From: Azolla caroliniana
Taxonomy: Eukaryota; Plantae; Polypodiophyta
NCBI GenBank assembly: GCA_043228905.1
Contig: JBHGNT010000001.1
Coordinates: forward strand, 25,544,001-25,608,000
DNA: 64,000 bases
Direction: 5' to 3'
The notes under the pieces were generated by a model. It did not search any database. It saw only the letters and a program-made list of their open reading frames with translations, and was not told the origin of the DNA. Each line of letters begins with the position of its first letter. The first letter of the stretch is position 1. Made by a program: the position numbers and the translations under genes. Positions 34,342-46,793 of this stretch are shown here, one piece after another.

Positions 34342-34745
34342 TTGGAACCAAAATTTATCCTCCTAGTAGATAGAAGGAAGGAAAATGCCCTTGCGTTTTT
34401 CTTTATTTCTCCAAGTGGCCACAAATTTTCCTTATTACTCCAATGGCATTGGAACCAAAATTTATCCTCCTAGTAGATAGAAGGAAGGAAAATGCCCTTG
34501 CGTTTTTCTTTATTTCTCCAAATGGCCACAAATTTTCCTTATTACTCCAATGGCATTGGAACCCACTTTTATCCTCCTAGTAGATGAAAGCAATGAAAAT
34601 GTCCATGAGTCTTTCTTTATTTCTCCCAAAATTTCCCTATTACTCCAGAGTCCAATGGCATTAGAACCCAATTTTATCGACCTAGTAAATGAAAGGAAAA
34701 TGTCCTTGGTTTTTTTTTATTTCTCCAAATGGCAGTAGAACCCAA
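34342..34745 (+). repeat. About 107-bp tandem repeat, about 4 copies
   Basis: Unit TTGGAACCAAAATTTATCCTCCTAGTAGAT...TTACTCCAATGGCA starting at 34342, 34449, 34556 and 34661. Confidence 0.9.
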
Positions 34746-35190
34746 ATTGTGAGCTAGGCCTTGGGGTCAAGGGACATTTGCAATATGACATCAATGGATA
34801 AGATGTCAATGATCATAGAAAGAGGCCCATTTGGGAGATATAATAGACGTAGACAGGAAAGACATCTATAGCAGCTTCATGCACAAAGCAGATACTTCAA
34901 CATTGGGATCCTTTGCATGTCAGGGTGCATGTCAAACCCTGAGCACGACGTAAACATGATGAATAAAGCAAGCCGGCATTGAAAAGAGATATGCCCGCGT
35001 GTTTGGGTGCCCAATGTGTAATGATATAAGTACATACATAGATATATATGCTTGGTCAGGGGTTCAATACTCACCCAGACTCACTAGAGGGTTCAATACT
35101 CTCCCACACTCTTCCATATGGGTGACACTCACACACAGAGCCAGAGAGAAAACACTCAGAATCCACACTCTTCATGACTTAGCCCTAATC

Positions 35191-37542
35191 ATGGCTTCTC
35201 TGCGAAAATTCTCAATGTGGGCGATGATCTTAAGGAACCCATCACCGTCTTCGTCGATATCTTCATCGTTGTCAGTATCTCAGGTACTCTCTTCCTTCTT
35301 CCTTCACCCTTTCTTCTTTGTAAGAACCTACGGTTTAGCAACAGAGAGGGACCTCTGTGGTGGAGCTACTGAAGAACAGAAGCTTCTTGCAGAAGCTTTT
35401 GTTGAGCTCAAACAAGAAGGAAATGGGAGGCCTAAGAGAAGACAGCAAGGGAACCCCCGGTGGAGACCTGTAAGCTTACCTTTAGTGGGTCGATCCATGG
35501 AAGTGGAACAAATTTTGAATGTTTTAAGGCAGGGAAAGAAGAAGAAAAGATCGTCTTTTTCTTCTTCGCCTTCTTCTCTTTTAGAGGAAGGAGAAGAAGA
35601 ATTTGATGTAGACAAGGGTCTCGATGAGTTGGCATTCAGCATTACTCCTTACCATATTAGCGAATCCCTAAAATCAGTTGAAGATGTTGAGAGTGCTATT
35701 CACCTCTTTCATTGGGCAGAGCTGAAAGAGGATTATACACACAATATAGTCACTTATACATGCCTTATTAAGGTTCTTGCACAAGCAAAAGAGTTTGGAA
35801 AGATATGGAACCTTTTGCTTGAAATGAAAGATGCCAACATTGAGCTTGAAGATGGCCCCTTTAATCTTCTAATTAAAAGCTATGGAGAAGTTGGAAAGAT
35901 AGAAGAATCCATCCGAACACTCCGTGAGATGTCGGGATTCGGAGTTAAACCCACTTTATACTCTTATAACACACTTCTTAGCCTTCTTTTGAAAGCTCAG
36001 AAACTCAACTTGGCTATGGAAATTTATCAAGAACTCATTTCAAAGCCTGCCTTGATCAATGAATTCGCATTCAACATGATGATTGATGGGTTTTGCGAGG
36101 CCGGGAGAATGCAAGATGCATTGAAGGTCGCTGATGATATGAAAGTTGCCAACCTAAGCATGGGTCTAATTACTTGGACTACTTTAATCAATGGTTTTTG
36201 CAAAGCGGGGAATATTGAAAAGGCCCAAGAACTTTTCTCAGAGATGAAAGAGATGGGGGTAGAGCCAAATGTGGTTACACATAGCTCTCTCATAAGAGGT
36301 CTTTGTAGGGTAGGGAAAGTGGATGATGCCATAGCTCATTTAGAATGCATGAAATCTGATGGATGCCCACCTAATGCAATAACATATACAGTGTTAATGG
36401 ATGGGTTTTGCAAATCTGGACGAATTGATGAAGGCTATAAGTTTTTGAAAGGGGTTCTTTCTGAAGGTGGGAAGGTGAATCAAGTAGTGTATTGCATCTT
36501 GGCTGATGGCTATAGCAAGCTAGAGAGAATGGATGAAGCTTGTATGATGTGTGATAAGATGATAAATAGTGGGTATTGGCCGAATGCGGGGACATATAGC
36601 TTGCTCATACAAGGGCTTTGCAAGGCTGGAAGAGTCAATGACGCGTACCGGTACTTCAATGACATGAAAGATAAGAAATGTGGCCCTAATGCTGCCGTAT
36701 ACAATGCAATGATTGATGGCCTTGCAAGGGCGGGTATGAAAGATGAGGCACAAACTCTATTCTCAACGATGCTCTCAGAAGGTTATGTTGTGTCTTCGTC
36801 AAGTTGTTCTTCACTTTTGAATTGCCTATGCAAGAAAGGCTCAGCTGATGATGCTCGGAAAACCCTAAGTGTGATGATAGAGAAGAAATGCCAAGTCACT
36901 GGAACTGCCTACAAGTCTCTTCTAAAGGGACTCTGTGATGCAAGTCAAATGGACTCAGCCTATGCTTTGTTTGACGAAATGTTGGAGCAAGGCTTCCCAC
37001 CTGATTCTTTTGCTTATGGTCTTTTAATATATGGAGCGAGCAAAGTGGGGGATGTAGAGAAGGCCATGGAGCTGTTTTCTGAGATGAAAGAAAAGGGCTG
37101 TGAGCCTGATTCATACAGTTACCGACCATTATTCCATGTTTTATGTAAAGCAAAGAGAGCTGAGATGGTTCTAGAGGTCTTTAACGATATGAAAGGACGG
37201 GGGATTGAGCCTGATCCTGTCATTTTTACTATTATTGTAGCTGGCTTATGTAAGCTCAATAAGGTGGCTGAGGCTGGTGACCTTTTCTTTAGCATGGTCA
37301 AGGATGGGTTTGAACCGAATGACATCAACATCAAAGCCCTTTTTTCTCGAATTGATGAGCAAGGAGAAGGGGATGTTCAAAGTGGTGGTGTGAAAGCATA
37401 TATGCCATTATTGAACAATTTACAAGAATGTGGTAAAATCTCATTGTTGATGATCTTGTGGGATACAATATTAGAAAAGGGTTTGTTTCGATGGATTGAA
37501 TACTCAGGTCGAGAGATTACCCAATGTGCTCAGGCATCATAA
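35191..37542 (+). CDS. P-class pentatricopeptide repeat protein, probably organelle (mitochondrion) targeted, intronless
   Basis: Tandem 35-aa motifs (TWTTLINGFCKAGNIEKAQELFSEMKEMGVEPNVV etc.); Ser/Arg-rich N-terminal presequence from ATG 35191; no E/DYW domain. Confidence 0.93.
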   Translation: MASLRKFSMWAMILRNPSPSSSISSSLSVSQVLSSFFLHPFFFVRTYGLATERDLCGGATEEQKLLAEAFVELKQEGNGRPKRRQQGNPRWRPVSLPLVGRSMEVEQILNVLRQGKKKKRSSFSSSPSSLLEEGEEEFDVDKGLDELAFSITPYHISESLKSVEDVESAIHLFHWAELKEDYTHNIVTYTCLIKVLAQAKEFGKIWNLLLEMKDANIELEDGPFNLLIKSYGEVGKIEESIRTLREMSGFGVKPTLYSYNTLLSLLLKAQKLNLAMEIYQELISKPALINEFAFNMMIDGFCEAGRMQDALKVADDMKVANLSMGLITWTTLINGFCKAGNIEKAQELFSEMKEMGVEPNVVTHSSLIRGLCRVGKVDDAIAHLECMKSDGCPPNAITYTVLMDGFCKSGRIDEGYKFLKGVLSEGGKVNQVVYCILADGYSKLERMDEACMMCDKMINSGYWPNAGTYSLLIQGLCKAGRVNDAYRYFNDMKDKKCGPNAAVYNAMIDGLARAGMKDEAQTLFSTMLSEGYVVSSSSCSSLLNCLCKKGSADDARKTLSVMIEKKCQVTGTAYKSLLKGLCDASQMDSAYALFDEMLEQGFPPDSFAYGLLIYGASKVGDVEKAMELFSEMKEKGCEPDSYSYRPLFHVLCKAKRAEMVLEVFNDMKGRGIEPDPVIFTIIVAGLCKLNKVAEAGDLFFSMVKDGFEPNDINIKALFSRIDEQGEGDVQSGGVKAYMPLLNNLQECGKISLLMILWDTILEKGLFRWIEYSGREITQCAQAS

Positions 37543-40439
37543 TAATCATTTTTATTTGTGATAAAGTGAAGCTATACCCAGAGGTTTAACCACATTTAGG
37601 GTTTTGCCACAGAATACGACGACAAATCGGCTAAGAATGGTTCATAATGACTTCCATTTATGTTTGTGGATGGCATCCATTGTTGTGCGCATTATCAGTA
37701 GTGTAAAGATTATATATTTTTAGCGGCCGGTTGCATATTGGGTGATATCATTCCTTTCCCTTGTAGGTCATAATCCTTGGGAGTTCATGTTCTGCCAAAT
37801 CAGTTCATTAGATGAGCTAAAGCAATTTCTATGATGAAACAGAATTCATCATGACGACAAACCCTAAACCCTAAACCTTCGGAATAATCATGATGAAAAT
37901 GTGACATATGAAATCATATTTCTTTCTTAATTGAAGTCAATCCGATTTTGGATTGAGAGACAAAAGAGAACCTGAACAGTTGACGTGATGTCAGCAAGCT
38001 ATCACTTAAACTCCAAGATATATATATAAATGCTGCCATTGTATCCATCAAGCTCATCCTTAACCCCGGCGGACGATAAAAATCTTTCTACATCACAAGC
38101 GCGTAGAAATTGTGATAAACTTGGTATGCTTGCTCCTCTTTATCCAATGATGAACTTCATAATGATGGTACTGATGAGTTGCATGCTTTTCTCATGTGAC
38201 AATTCAGTGACATAACAAGTTTGTCAAGTGTTATATTTCCTATGTTGATCAATTTGATGGCATGACAATCTTACTAAAGAATTATTTAGTTAGCTTATGG
38301 TCAGCAAAAGCATATAATAATTTATTATTGGAGATTTTGAAAGTCTAAGGAAATCATTAAGAACAAGACAAAAAAACTTGATTATCATTTGAAACTTGTC
38401 TCATTACTTAACGTTGCAGTAGAGTGTTTGCAGGAGATTGTGGCATTGAAGGGGATTTCTATGTTTTCTGTGACTAAATATATCAAATTAAGGCTATGAA
38501 CAATGCCCCCTAGGTAAGGTCATAGAACTTTAATTAAGCATGTTGATGAGACGCGTGTGCAGCCTTAGAGGCAAATTTTTGAGTCGATCTAATGCAAGTT
38601 TGATAGAGTTTTCCCACTTAAAGAACAAGAGGTACACTAAAATCAACATGTTTTCAATGTTTCTTTTGTAATGTGTTTGAGACTATCACAAGTGATACCC
38701 CCAAGTGGCCACTCCATGAGAACATCAAATGTGTCCAAACCTTGGATGAGCTCACTCAATCTTGACATTGACAATGATATATGACAAAACCTTTGGGAAA
38801 AGATTCCATCAACATAGAGAATGTTGAAAAACATAGAAGGTTAGAGATAGATCAATACATTCTTAGAGTATGTTCACCAAACAAGAAGTGAACAAAATCT
38901 TCAACTCATAAGAATTGTATGACAACTAGCTTGGTTTAGACATAAGATTCAAAAGGCAAGGGAGCATAATTGTCATGGTATACAAATGAATGTAAGAGAT
39001 GTGAAATGTTGTCACAACCTTGAAATCATTAAAAACCGTTGGGCATGTATTTGAGAGGTATTAGGCCGAGCTTGAGAAACTTCATAAACATTGACATTGT
39101 CCTCAAGAACTACTAAATATAAGCCGACTTTGGGGATCGTCTACACAATTTCCTTCCTATGGAGAAACATGTTTTCAAAAGACTTCAATTCCAACACTAT
39201 GGAATTGTACTAATTCTTTTTCAAGTGGATATTGTTTCAAGTTCTAACCACTTAGACCTCTTGTATGAAGTTGGTTGTATTTGCAATGATAAAATGTGTG
39301 GCTTTGTTTACTTGTTTTTCCTAATTATTTAGTTTTGTTTAATATGTGATTAAGGCGTTTAAGCTAGCTATATGTATCTTGATTATTAGTCGGTGTAGGA
39401 TTGTTCACGTGAAGCTCTCTTAGGCGATTAACACTAGCACTAGTAAGCTTAAGAAAGGTTTGAGATAGGTACCTAGTTACATAATTAACATTAAGATAAT
39501 TGTTGGTTCGACAGTGGATAAAGATCCAATGTGGAGAGAGGAATCCACCCTTGAAGAAGTGTGTTTGGAAAGTACTCTTAAAGCTCCATGCATCCAAGGT
39601 TGATTCACCCTTATGAGACTTAGTTGATTTACTTATAGAGCATAGGACTAACTCCCACCTATCCTAATAGGTGTCTGATCCTTAGAAAATTAATGCTAAT
39701 TCATCCTCAAAAAATAAAATTGATTCACCTTTGAGTACAAGACTGACTGATCCCTAGGTTAGACGACCAACTTACGTTTAGAAAATAAGGTTAAGGTGCC
39801 CTCATAAGATAAGGTTGATGTGTCCTTGAAACACAACATCATTTCTTCCTCAACATAAATATGAGACCAACTCGCCTTTAGAACCTAGAGACGAATAAAC
39901 TCTTAACATATAATGGCGACCCAACCTCGAAAGGCTTGATCTGATTTAGGTTAGTGCTAAATGATGCCTTTAGATAAAAAAATGAAAACATAACTAAAAG
40001 AATTGTCACCAAAAGAACACCATCTTGAAAACCCTAAACTAAAGTTTATATAGAAAAAGACAACTACATAGATGGGAAGCCATCATAAAGATACCTCTTT
40101 TCTTATCTACCTCCATTTATAACGTGATCCATGACCTTACACTACAATTCTATTTTACTTTAAGTCATTGAAAGGAATTGTTAGGCTAAACCTTAATATT
40201 CCTAGAGTAGCCTTCTAACTATTACAATATATGATCCTACTTATCTATCCTCTAGTTTTAGGGATTTAAATTGTTGGACTTGTGTATCATTTTTATCTAA
40301 GATTACATATCCCTCCATTTTTGCCGACACTAGGGGAACTACAAATGGAAATTCAACTTCCAAAAATAGAATGAGATGAGATCTGCCATTGAGAGAGAAA
40401 TGGAATGATGGACTACCCAACTTCAGAAGAGTGGCCAAC

Positions 40440-40802
40440 TGTCGAATACAGTCATGTAATGGATGTATTCACATTACCCCATTGGACAAACTAGGTTAGG
40501 CAATCCTTGTAAATAGCATAAAGGGCATTTGCCCTAGTTTGGTTAGTATATAACCAACTTTGTAACTAGTTTGTATGTTGTTGCCATTACTCGTTCTTGA
40601 ATAATACAAAGCTTGTATTTTGGTGCCTCTCTATTTTTCTCTCTCCTTTGTCAGTTGTCTTAGACTTCTCTGTTCTTTGTTTCATCCACATAAACTTGTT
40701 GTCTACTAGCACACATAATAGTGCATACACTATTGTAGACATCTATTCATGATAGTGTATGCACTATTATGTGTGCTAATAGACATCTATTCATTTCCAA
40801 CA
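40440..40802 (+). mobile_element. Solo LTR (363 bp)
   Basis: TGTCGAA...TTCCAACA flanked by 5-bp TSD CCAAC (40435-40439, 40803-40807); TATA-like TATATAAC; CTTGTAAATAGC motif. Confidence 0.78.
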
Positions 40803-41664
40803 CCAACCTGCATGCATGGCCCAAATCCCACATGATCCTCTCAATTGAACTATAGAGAGATGACATGCTCTGTAAACTTGAGGCTAGACAACAAGAACTC
40901 ACTAAAATCACATTGTAGAGGTCTCCCTAGACTTTTTGGTTCATACTTGGCCTCTTTGGGATTTTTTGATTTGCTATTGGTAGTGTGGATAATGTTCGGT
41001 AGATTGACACTTATTTGGGATTGGAAACTACCTTGGATTGATATGGTTGCAACATGGATCTGAACTCTCATGTAGAGGTAATGATAACTATCAATCTCGT
41101 CATGTGAAACTTGGTAGTACAAGGGCAACATGAACCTAAACTCTCATGTAGACATGGTAATGATAACTATAAATCTACCCAATTCAACAAGATGAATCTA
41201 AACCTCTATGATGGTTAATGAAGTTGAGGAGGCAACAAGAATAAATGTAATGACTTATTTCATAACACAAAATCTTGCTTCATAGTTCAAGTATTCATGT
41301 GCTTGCACATGATTGTTGTTCAAACGATGCTATGATGCAAGAATATTATATAATTTGTAGATCATATGCCCACATGATACTACAAACTCTCACCTAGAAA
41401 TATGAATCAATATTCAAAGCATCGTTATAAAATATCTCTCAAGCTAGTATCTCATTTATTGTTTTCTACAAATTGCAGGTGTGTATTCTACAACCTTGAA
41501 TTCAAGCTTGAGGCAATGGATGTTGTGATAACACCATATTTGAATACACTACTAAGTACCATTTTGAGAAAATAAATACATGTATCGTTTATAAAAGGAC
41601 AATTGGAGCTCAATGGTACTTGGCTATTGACATAAAAGTTCACTTCTCAAGTATGTGGTTCTAC

Positions 41665-44600
41665 ATCGTATGCGAGAGTTTTCGTGTCGACATACGCCAC
41701 AACAAAATGAAGTGGCCGAACACAAAAATCAGCACATCCTCGAAGTAGCACGTGGCATGCTTAACGAGAAGCACATGCCGAAGTCGTACCAGGTAGAAGC
41801 CACCAACACAACCGTCTATCTCATGAATTGGTGTATGACATCAGGTGTGCACAAACTTACTCTGCACGAGAAGTTTTTCGGGAAGAAGCCGGATCTATCT
41901 CATGTTCGGATATTTGGCTCCATTGCATACGTGCACATCCCCGACGAGAAGGGACAAAAGCTAGACCCGAAGTCGGAGAAATGTATCCTCGTAGGATACT
42001 CATTGGAGCAAAAGGGGTATAAGTGCTATAACCCCTTTACTCGGAAGGGTCGTGTAATCTAAGATGTAGTCTTCGACAAATCAACATCATGATACGAACC
42101 CGAGCTGAACCCTCCCGAACCATTTCCAGTCAACCCGAAATCCGCCGAACAAGAGATAGAAGATCGAGATCGACTCGACCACATGTTCGAAGAAAGTCCG
42201 ATTACAACAAGGCTTAATGGGCCACAAGAGCCCCCGAGCGACCAAAGCACATCTTGGCCTAGTTCGAAGATGGACAAAGGGAAGGTGAAAATGCCAGAAT
42301 ACGAAGATCCGATCGAAATCAAATCAACTCACTCTCTCGACAGTGAGTTTGAAGGCATCAACACCCAAACAAATGGAGCGAAGAATGCCTTAGTATCTGC
42401 GAACGAGAAGCTACGTTGGTCTACCCGTGAAAAGAACCCTGTAAGCCAATTTGGCTATGATGAGTACATGGCGTATCATTACGCTTTTATGATGAAGGTG
42501 GCAACAGTACGGGAGCCGGAAACCTTTTCCGAAGCTGTGAAGGACCCGTGATGGGTCGAAGCAATGAATGAGGAGATGTAGGCACTCTCCAAAAACGAGA
42601 CATGGGATCTTGTCCCTTCTTCACCGCATAAGAAGGCGATTGTTTGTAGATGGATCTACAAAGTGAAGTATAATGTTGATGGCTCCGTTAACCGCTACAA
42701 AGCCCGACTTGTAGCGAAAGGATACACACAAACACATGGAGTCGACTACGAAGAGACCTTTGCCCCGGTGGGAAAGATGACAACTGTGCGGGCGGTGATT
42801 GCACTTGCGGCGGTGAAAGGGTGGCACTTCCATCAAATGGACATAAAGAACGCCTTTCTTCAAGGCGAATTAGAGGAGGAGATGTACATGGTACAACCAC
42901 CTGGCTTCGAATCCAACATTCATCCGAAAGTCGTCTTCCAACTCAAGAAGCCTCTCTAGGGCCTTAAGCAAGCACGGTGTGCTTAGCATTGGAAGATAAA
43001 GCAATATCTTCATTGAATCGATTTTCAAATGTCGAAATCCGACAACTCCCTCTACACTAGAAGTGATTCGGGAAGCCTAATTGTCATCATCCTATACGTA
43101 GATGATCTAGTCATTGGAGGTGAAAGTCTAGTTGACATCAACAAGGTCAAGTCCCTCCTCTCCGGCAAATTCGAGATGACGGACATGAAGGAGCTCCATT
43201 ACTTCCTTGGAATCGACGTAATTTCGACCGACATTATGATCTCTCAACGACACTACATCCTCAACTTGTTATACAAGTTCGGGATGACTGAGTGCAAATC
43301 TATGGCAACCCCTCTCGATCGAAACCTCAAACTAGATTCCGACTCCAGCACAGAAGAGTGCGAGCTGACTCAATATCGACATTACTAATCGGGAGTCTGA
43401 TCTACCTCACGATCACTCGACCCAACCTTAGCTATCCAGTTAGACTCCTTAGCCAATTCATGCAAACTTCGTGAGATATCCATTTCGATTGTGCTAAGCG
43501 AGTATTACGATACGTGAGCGGCACAATGGATTACGACATTCTCTACAAATCGGTGACACCAATTCGACTCGAAGGGTACACAGATGCCGATTGGGCCGAC
43601 TACAAAGCCATTCGACGATCTACCTCTAGTTTTGTCTTCTCCCTTGGCAGCAGAGCTATTTCGTGAAGTAGCAAAAAGCATCCAATAGTCGCTCTTTCGA
43701 GTACGGAGGCCGAATACAAGGGCGCAACTGTAGCTGCATGTGAAGCTGTATGGCTCAAGAGGATTTTGAAGGATTTGGGCATTCCCATCAAGGATCTGAC
43801 TCCCCTTCATTGCAACGACATGAGTAGTATTTATCTGGCTCAGAACCCGGTGTTCCACGCACACACAAAGCATATTGAAGTGCACTATCACTTCATTCGA
43901 GAGCGTGTTTAGGCCGGAGATGTCGACCTTCAACACATCAACACGAATCTTCAAACGAGCGACATCTTCACCAAAGCCCTAGGAGCCGACAAGCTTCGGC
44001 AATTCATGACAGACCTTGGATTGACGATCCCTGACTTGCCAAGCTTGAGGGGGAGTACAAGCGAGAACCGGATACCGTCTGAACTGGGTATGAGCCGAAG
44101 CAGACAACCAAGCAAGAACCAGATACAGTCCAAACTAGGACACCGGAGATCGTCCCGAACCGAGTACGAGCCGAAGCAAACACCGGAGATCGTCCGAACC
44201 GGATATGAGCCGAAGCGGACATCAACCAAAAGGAACCGACCCGAGTTGAGCTTGAGGGGGCGTGTTGAGAATCAAGCTCAACCTACTCTAGTGTGTGAAC
44301 ACACCCTTTGAGAATCTATGATCACTCAAAGGTTAAGAGTCACACCACTAGTCTCAACACATTAACTATGTGTCATTGAATCATATTCTATGACACATGA
44401 GTTCTATATTCCCCATGATTATGAGTCTTCACATTCCCCAAGAGAGAAGTTGTTGTAGTGAGTTAATGAAGAGAGAGGGTGACCTTATATAAAGCACCCT
44501 TCTCCTACTTCATACAAATCGGTAACTATGACTCCTTGTAATGTTACATTTTTGCATCTCATATTTTCATTGTTTATATACACCTTGTTCTTGAGTATTT

Positions 44601-44713
44601 TATTTTTCCATTCATCCATTTATCTTGAGTTTTCTCTTCGCTCATCTCTTTCCTCTCACACATACACATAACACACATCTCTTCCGCTGCACAAGAATAT
44701 TATACTCTTTACA
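41665..44713 (+). mobile_element. Degenerate Copia element 3' half (IN, RT, RNase H, PPT, 3' LTR from 44263)
   Basis: [56 protein letters not shown] with many stops; GAGGGGGCG-TGTTG at 44254-44267. LTR end approximate. Confidence 0.88.
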
Positions 44714-44760
44714 GTTATATATAGCTTTCTATATTCCTGAATAAAAGTGGTGACCACACT

Positions 44761-44804
<44 letters not shown>

Positions 44805-44806
<2 letters not shown>

Positions 44807-45230
44807 CACCTTGTATAGCCTTTCTCTAAAAGTCTCTCCTAACTAATGGGAATGTAGCTCCTTTTTTAGAAAGAAAAACATATCATCCACAAGGTGGGTT
44901 TATATATATATCCCACCTTGTATAGCCTTTCTCTAAAAGTCTCTCCTAACTAATGGGAATGTAGCTCCTTTTTTGTAAAGAAAAACATATCATCCACAAG
45001 GTGGGATATATATATAAATATATATATCCCACCTTGTATAGCCTTTCTCTAAAAGTCTCTCCTAACTAATGGGAATGTAGCTCCTTTTTTGTAAAGAAAA
45101 ACATATCATCCACAAGGTGGGATATATATATAAATATATATATCCCACCTTGTATAGCCTTTCTCTAAAAGTCTCTCCTAACTAATGGGAATGTAGCTCC
45201 TTTTTTGGAAAGAAAAACATATCATCCACA
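44805..45230 (+). repeat. Four tandem copies of a 94-bp unit with 10-bp terminal inverted repeats, separated by (TA)n
   Basis: CCCACCTTGT...ACAAGGTGGG at 44805-44898, 44912-45005 and 45028-45121; the fourth copy, 45144-45230, lacks AGGTGGG. Confidence 0.92.
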
Positions 45231-45486
45231 TTGACTCGTTATTATAAGCTACGACTCTTGTATCTTTATTAAGGGACATAGGAAATCTTTCATGAGTATT
45301 GTACTTCAAGAAATATAGATTTATGACATTTTGTAGATATTGAATGCCATGTTTATTTAGCACCATCACCAATACCACCTCGTGAAGAGCCTTTTGGGAT
45401 GAGTGAGTGGATTCTTCCTAGGGTATGCGTATAGATTACGAATAAACCAAGACATTATTTATAGAAGGTAGTATGCTTATTATAGA

Positions 45487-46620
45487 TTAACAAGACACAT
45501 CGGCGTCCTCGAGTTTGAGGCCATAGCGTTTTGTCTCGAAGGACCAACGAAGCGTGCCAGACATACATGACAACATGGTCGACAAGTACACCTCAAGCTT
45601 TGGCTCCCTTCCCATCAGCTCCTCGTTCTCGCGGATCGCATCCACCACTTGCACGCAACGGGCATCCACTCGCTGTATCATTTCCGCCACAATTCCGAGC
45701 GCATCTTGCAATGAGGCGGCCGCGCCACTCTTGTACACAATGCACGGGAGGTTGAAGTAGTCTCCAGCCGAGGTCTCCACACGGAACGAGACTATGTCGT
45801 TGCACATGCACATGTAGTCTATGGCAAGGTTGCGGAGCTCGTGGACGAGCGAATGGAGATGGATGGGATCGTCGTCCAGACACAACACATAGAGAAGGAG
45901 CTCAAACCCTAGGAAGAAGCCAGAGGACACCCGGCGGATACCCATATATTGATTCACAGTACAACTCGTGCCGCCTCTATCATGGTCCACAAATGCTGGA
46001 TCGTTGGTGGGGTGAAGGCACACGGCTTGCAGGTGATCTTTCATGGCTGATATGAACCGGATCCGTGCCTGCGGGGTGAGCTCACAGGACATCTCCTTCC
46101 AAAGCTCCCCTAGAGCATCTAGCATGGTGAGCCTCCGCGGGTCGAGACCAATGGGAACTGCTTCAGCAAGGCTCCGTGATGCGCATTCCCGTGGCTCCTG
46201 GAGCTTGAAGTTCACAGAATTCGCCCATGTGGCCACGGCGGATCGAGGATCACCATCATGACACCCCATGTGGTCACTCAATTCAGCGCATGACACTGCG
46301 GTAGCGGTATCTACCACATCGTCGGCCAGGGTGAGCCATGCGATGAATTTGGTGGCAGTCATGAGGCGCGGGAGGTCTTCGGCTTCCGGGAAGAGGCGGC
46401 AAACATAGAGGGGGAGGAGGCAGTCCGATAGGAACTGCCGGGACTTGGGCTGGACCAAGTTAAGGATCCACGGCTCGCACTCTACCCTCACTCTCTCATA
46501 CTGCGGGTGCAATTTCACAGGGAACGAGCATTGCATCGACGGCAACGTAAAATGAGAGCCAATGCTCGGTGGAACTTGTGTGGAGAATACCGTGATCCTA
46601 GCATTAGCGTTGTTGGCCAT
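45487..46620 (-). CDS. MTPSL: Microbial terpene synthase-like protein (class I terpene cyclase, alpha-domain only), intronless, 377 aa
   Basis: DDxxD motif LADDVVD, effector Arg in YMGIRRVSSG, NSE motif NDIVSFRVE, NLP, C-terminal WSFETKRY; no N-terminal plant TPS beta-domain; TATA (CTATATAAA) at about 46727-46719 favours ATG 46620. Confidence 0.92.
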   Translation of the reverse strand: MANNANARITVFSTQVPPSIGSHFTLPSMQCSFPVKLHPQYERVRVECEPWILNLVQPKSRQFLSDCLLPLYVCRLFPEAEDLPRLMTATKFIAWLTLADDVVDTATAVSCAELSDHMGCHDGDPRSAVATWANSVNFKLQEPRECASRSLAEAVPIGLDPRRLTMLDALGELWKEMSCELTPQARIRFISAMKDHLQAVCLHPTNDPAFVDHDRGGTSCTVNQYMGIRRVSSGFFLGFELLLYVLCLDDDPIHLHSLVHELRNLAIDYMCMCNDIVSFRVETSAGDYFNLPCIVYKSGAAASLQDALGIVAEMIQRVDARCVQVVDAIRENEELMGREPKLEVYLSTMLSCMSGTLRWSFETKRYGLKLEDADVSC

Positions 46621-46793
46621 TGGCGTTGGTCTTGGACTTGGACTTGGGACTTGGTGTTGGTGTTGGGTGTGGGTGCAGAGCAATGGGTAGATTGTGTTCC
46701 CATGCACATTATGTTGAGTTTATATAGATTTTTGCATTTGTAGTCACCCTTCTCATCATTATTGCATTTATTGCTTTCAGTTGGTTTGGTTTA

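Noticed and set aside
34999-35190. N-terminal extension of the PPR ORF from a GTG
   Set aside because: Non-ATG start in promoter/UTR-like sequence; ATG 35191 begins a plausible presequence.
37858-37877. Telomere-like AAACCCTAAACCCTAAACC
   Set aside because: Only about 2.5 units; a common interstitial telo-box downstream of a gene.
37900-40430. AT-rich region with short ORFs, possibly decayed transposon
   Set aside because: No motif, terminus or repeat could be identified by eye.
44805-45230. CRISPR-like repeat/spacer appearance
   Set aside because: Units are 94 bp, spacers are only (TA)n, there are no cas genes, and the context is eukaryotic.
46621-46707. Upstream ATG extension of MTPSL
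   Set aside because: Lies only about 12 nt from the TATA box, likely upstream of the transcription start, and encodes simple repeats.
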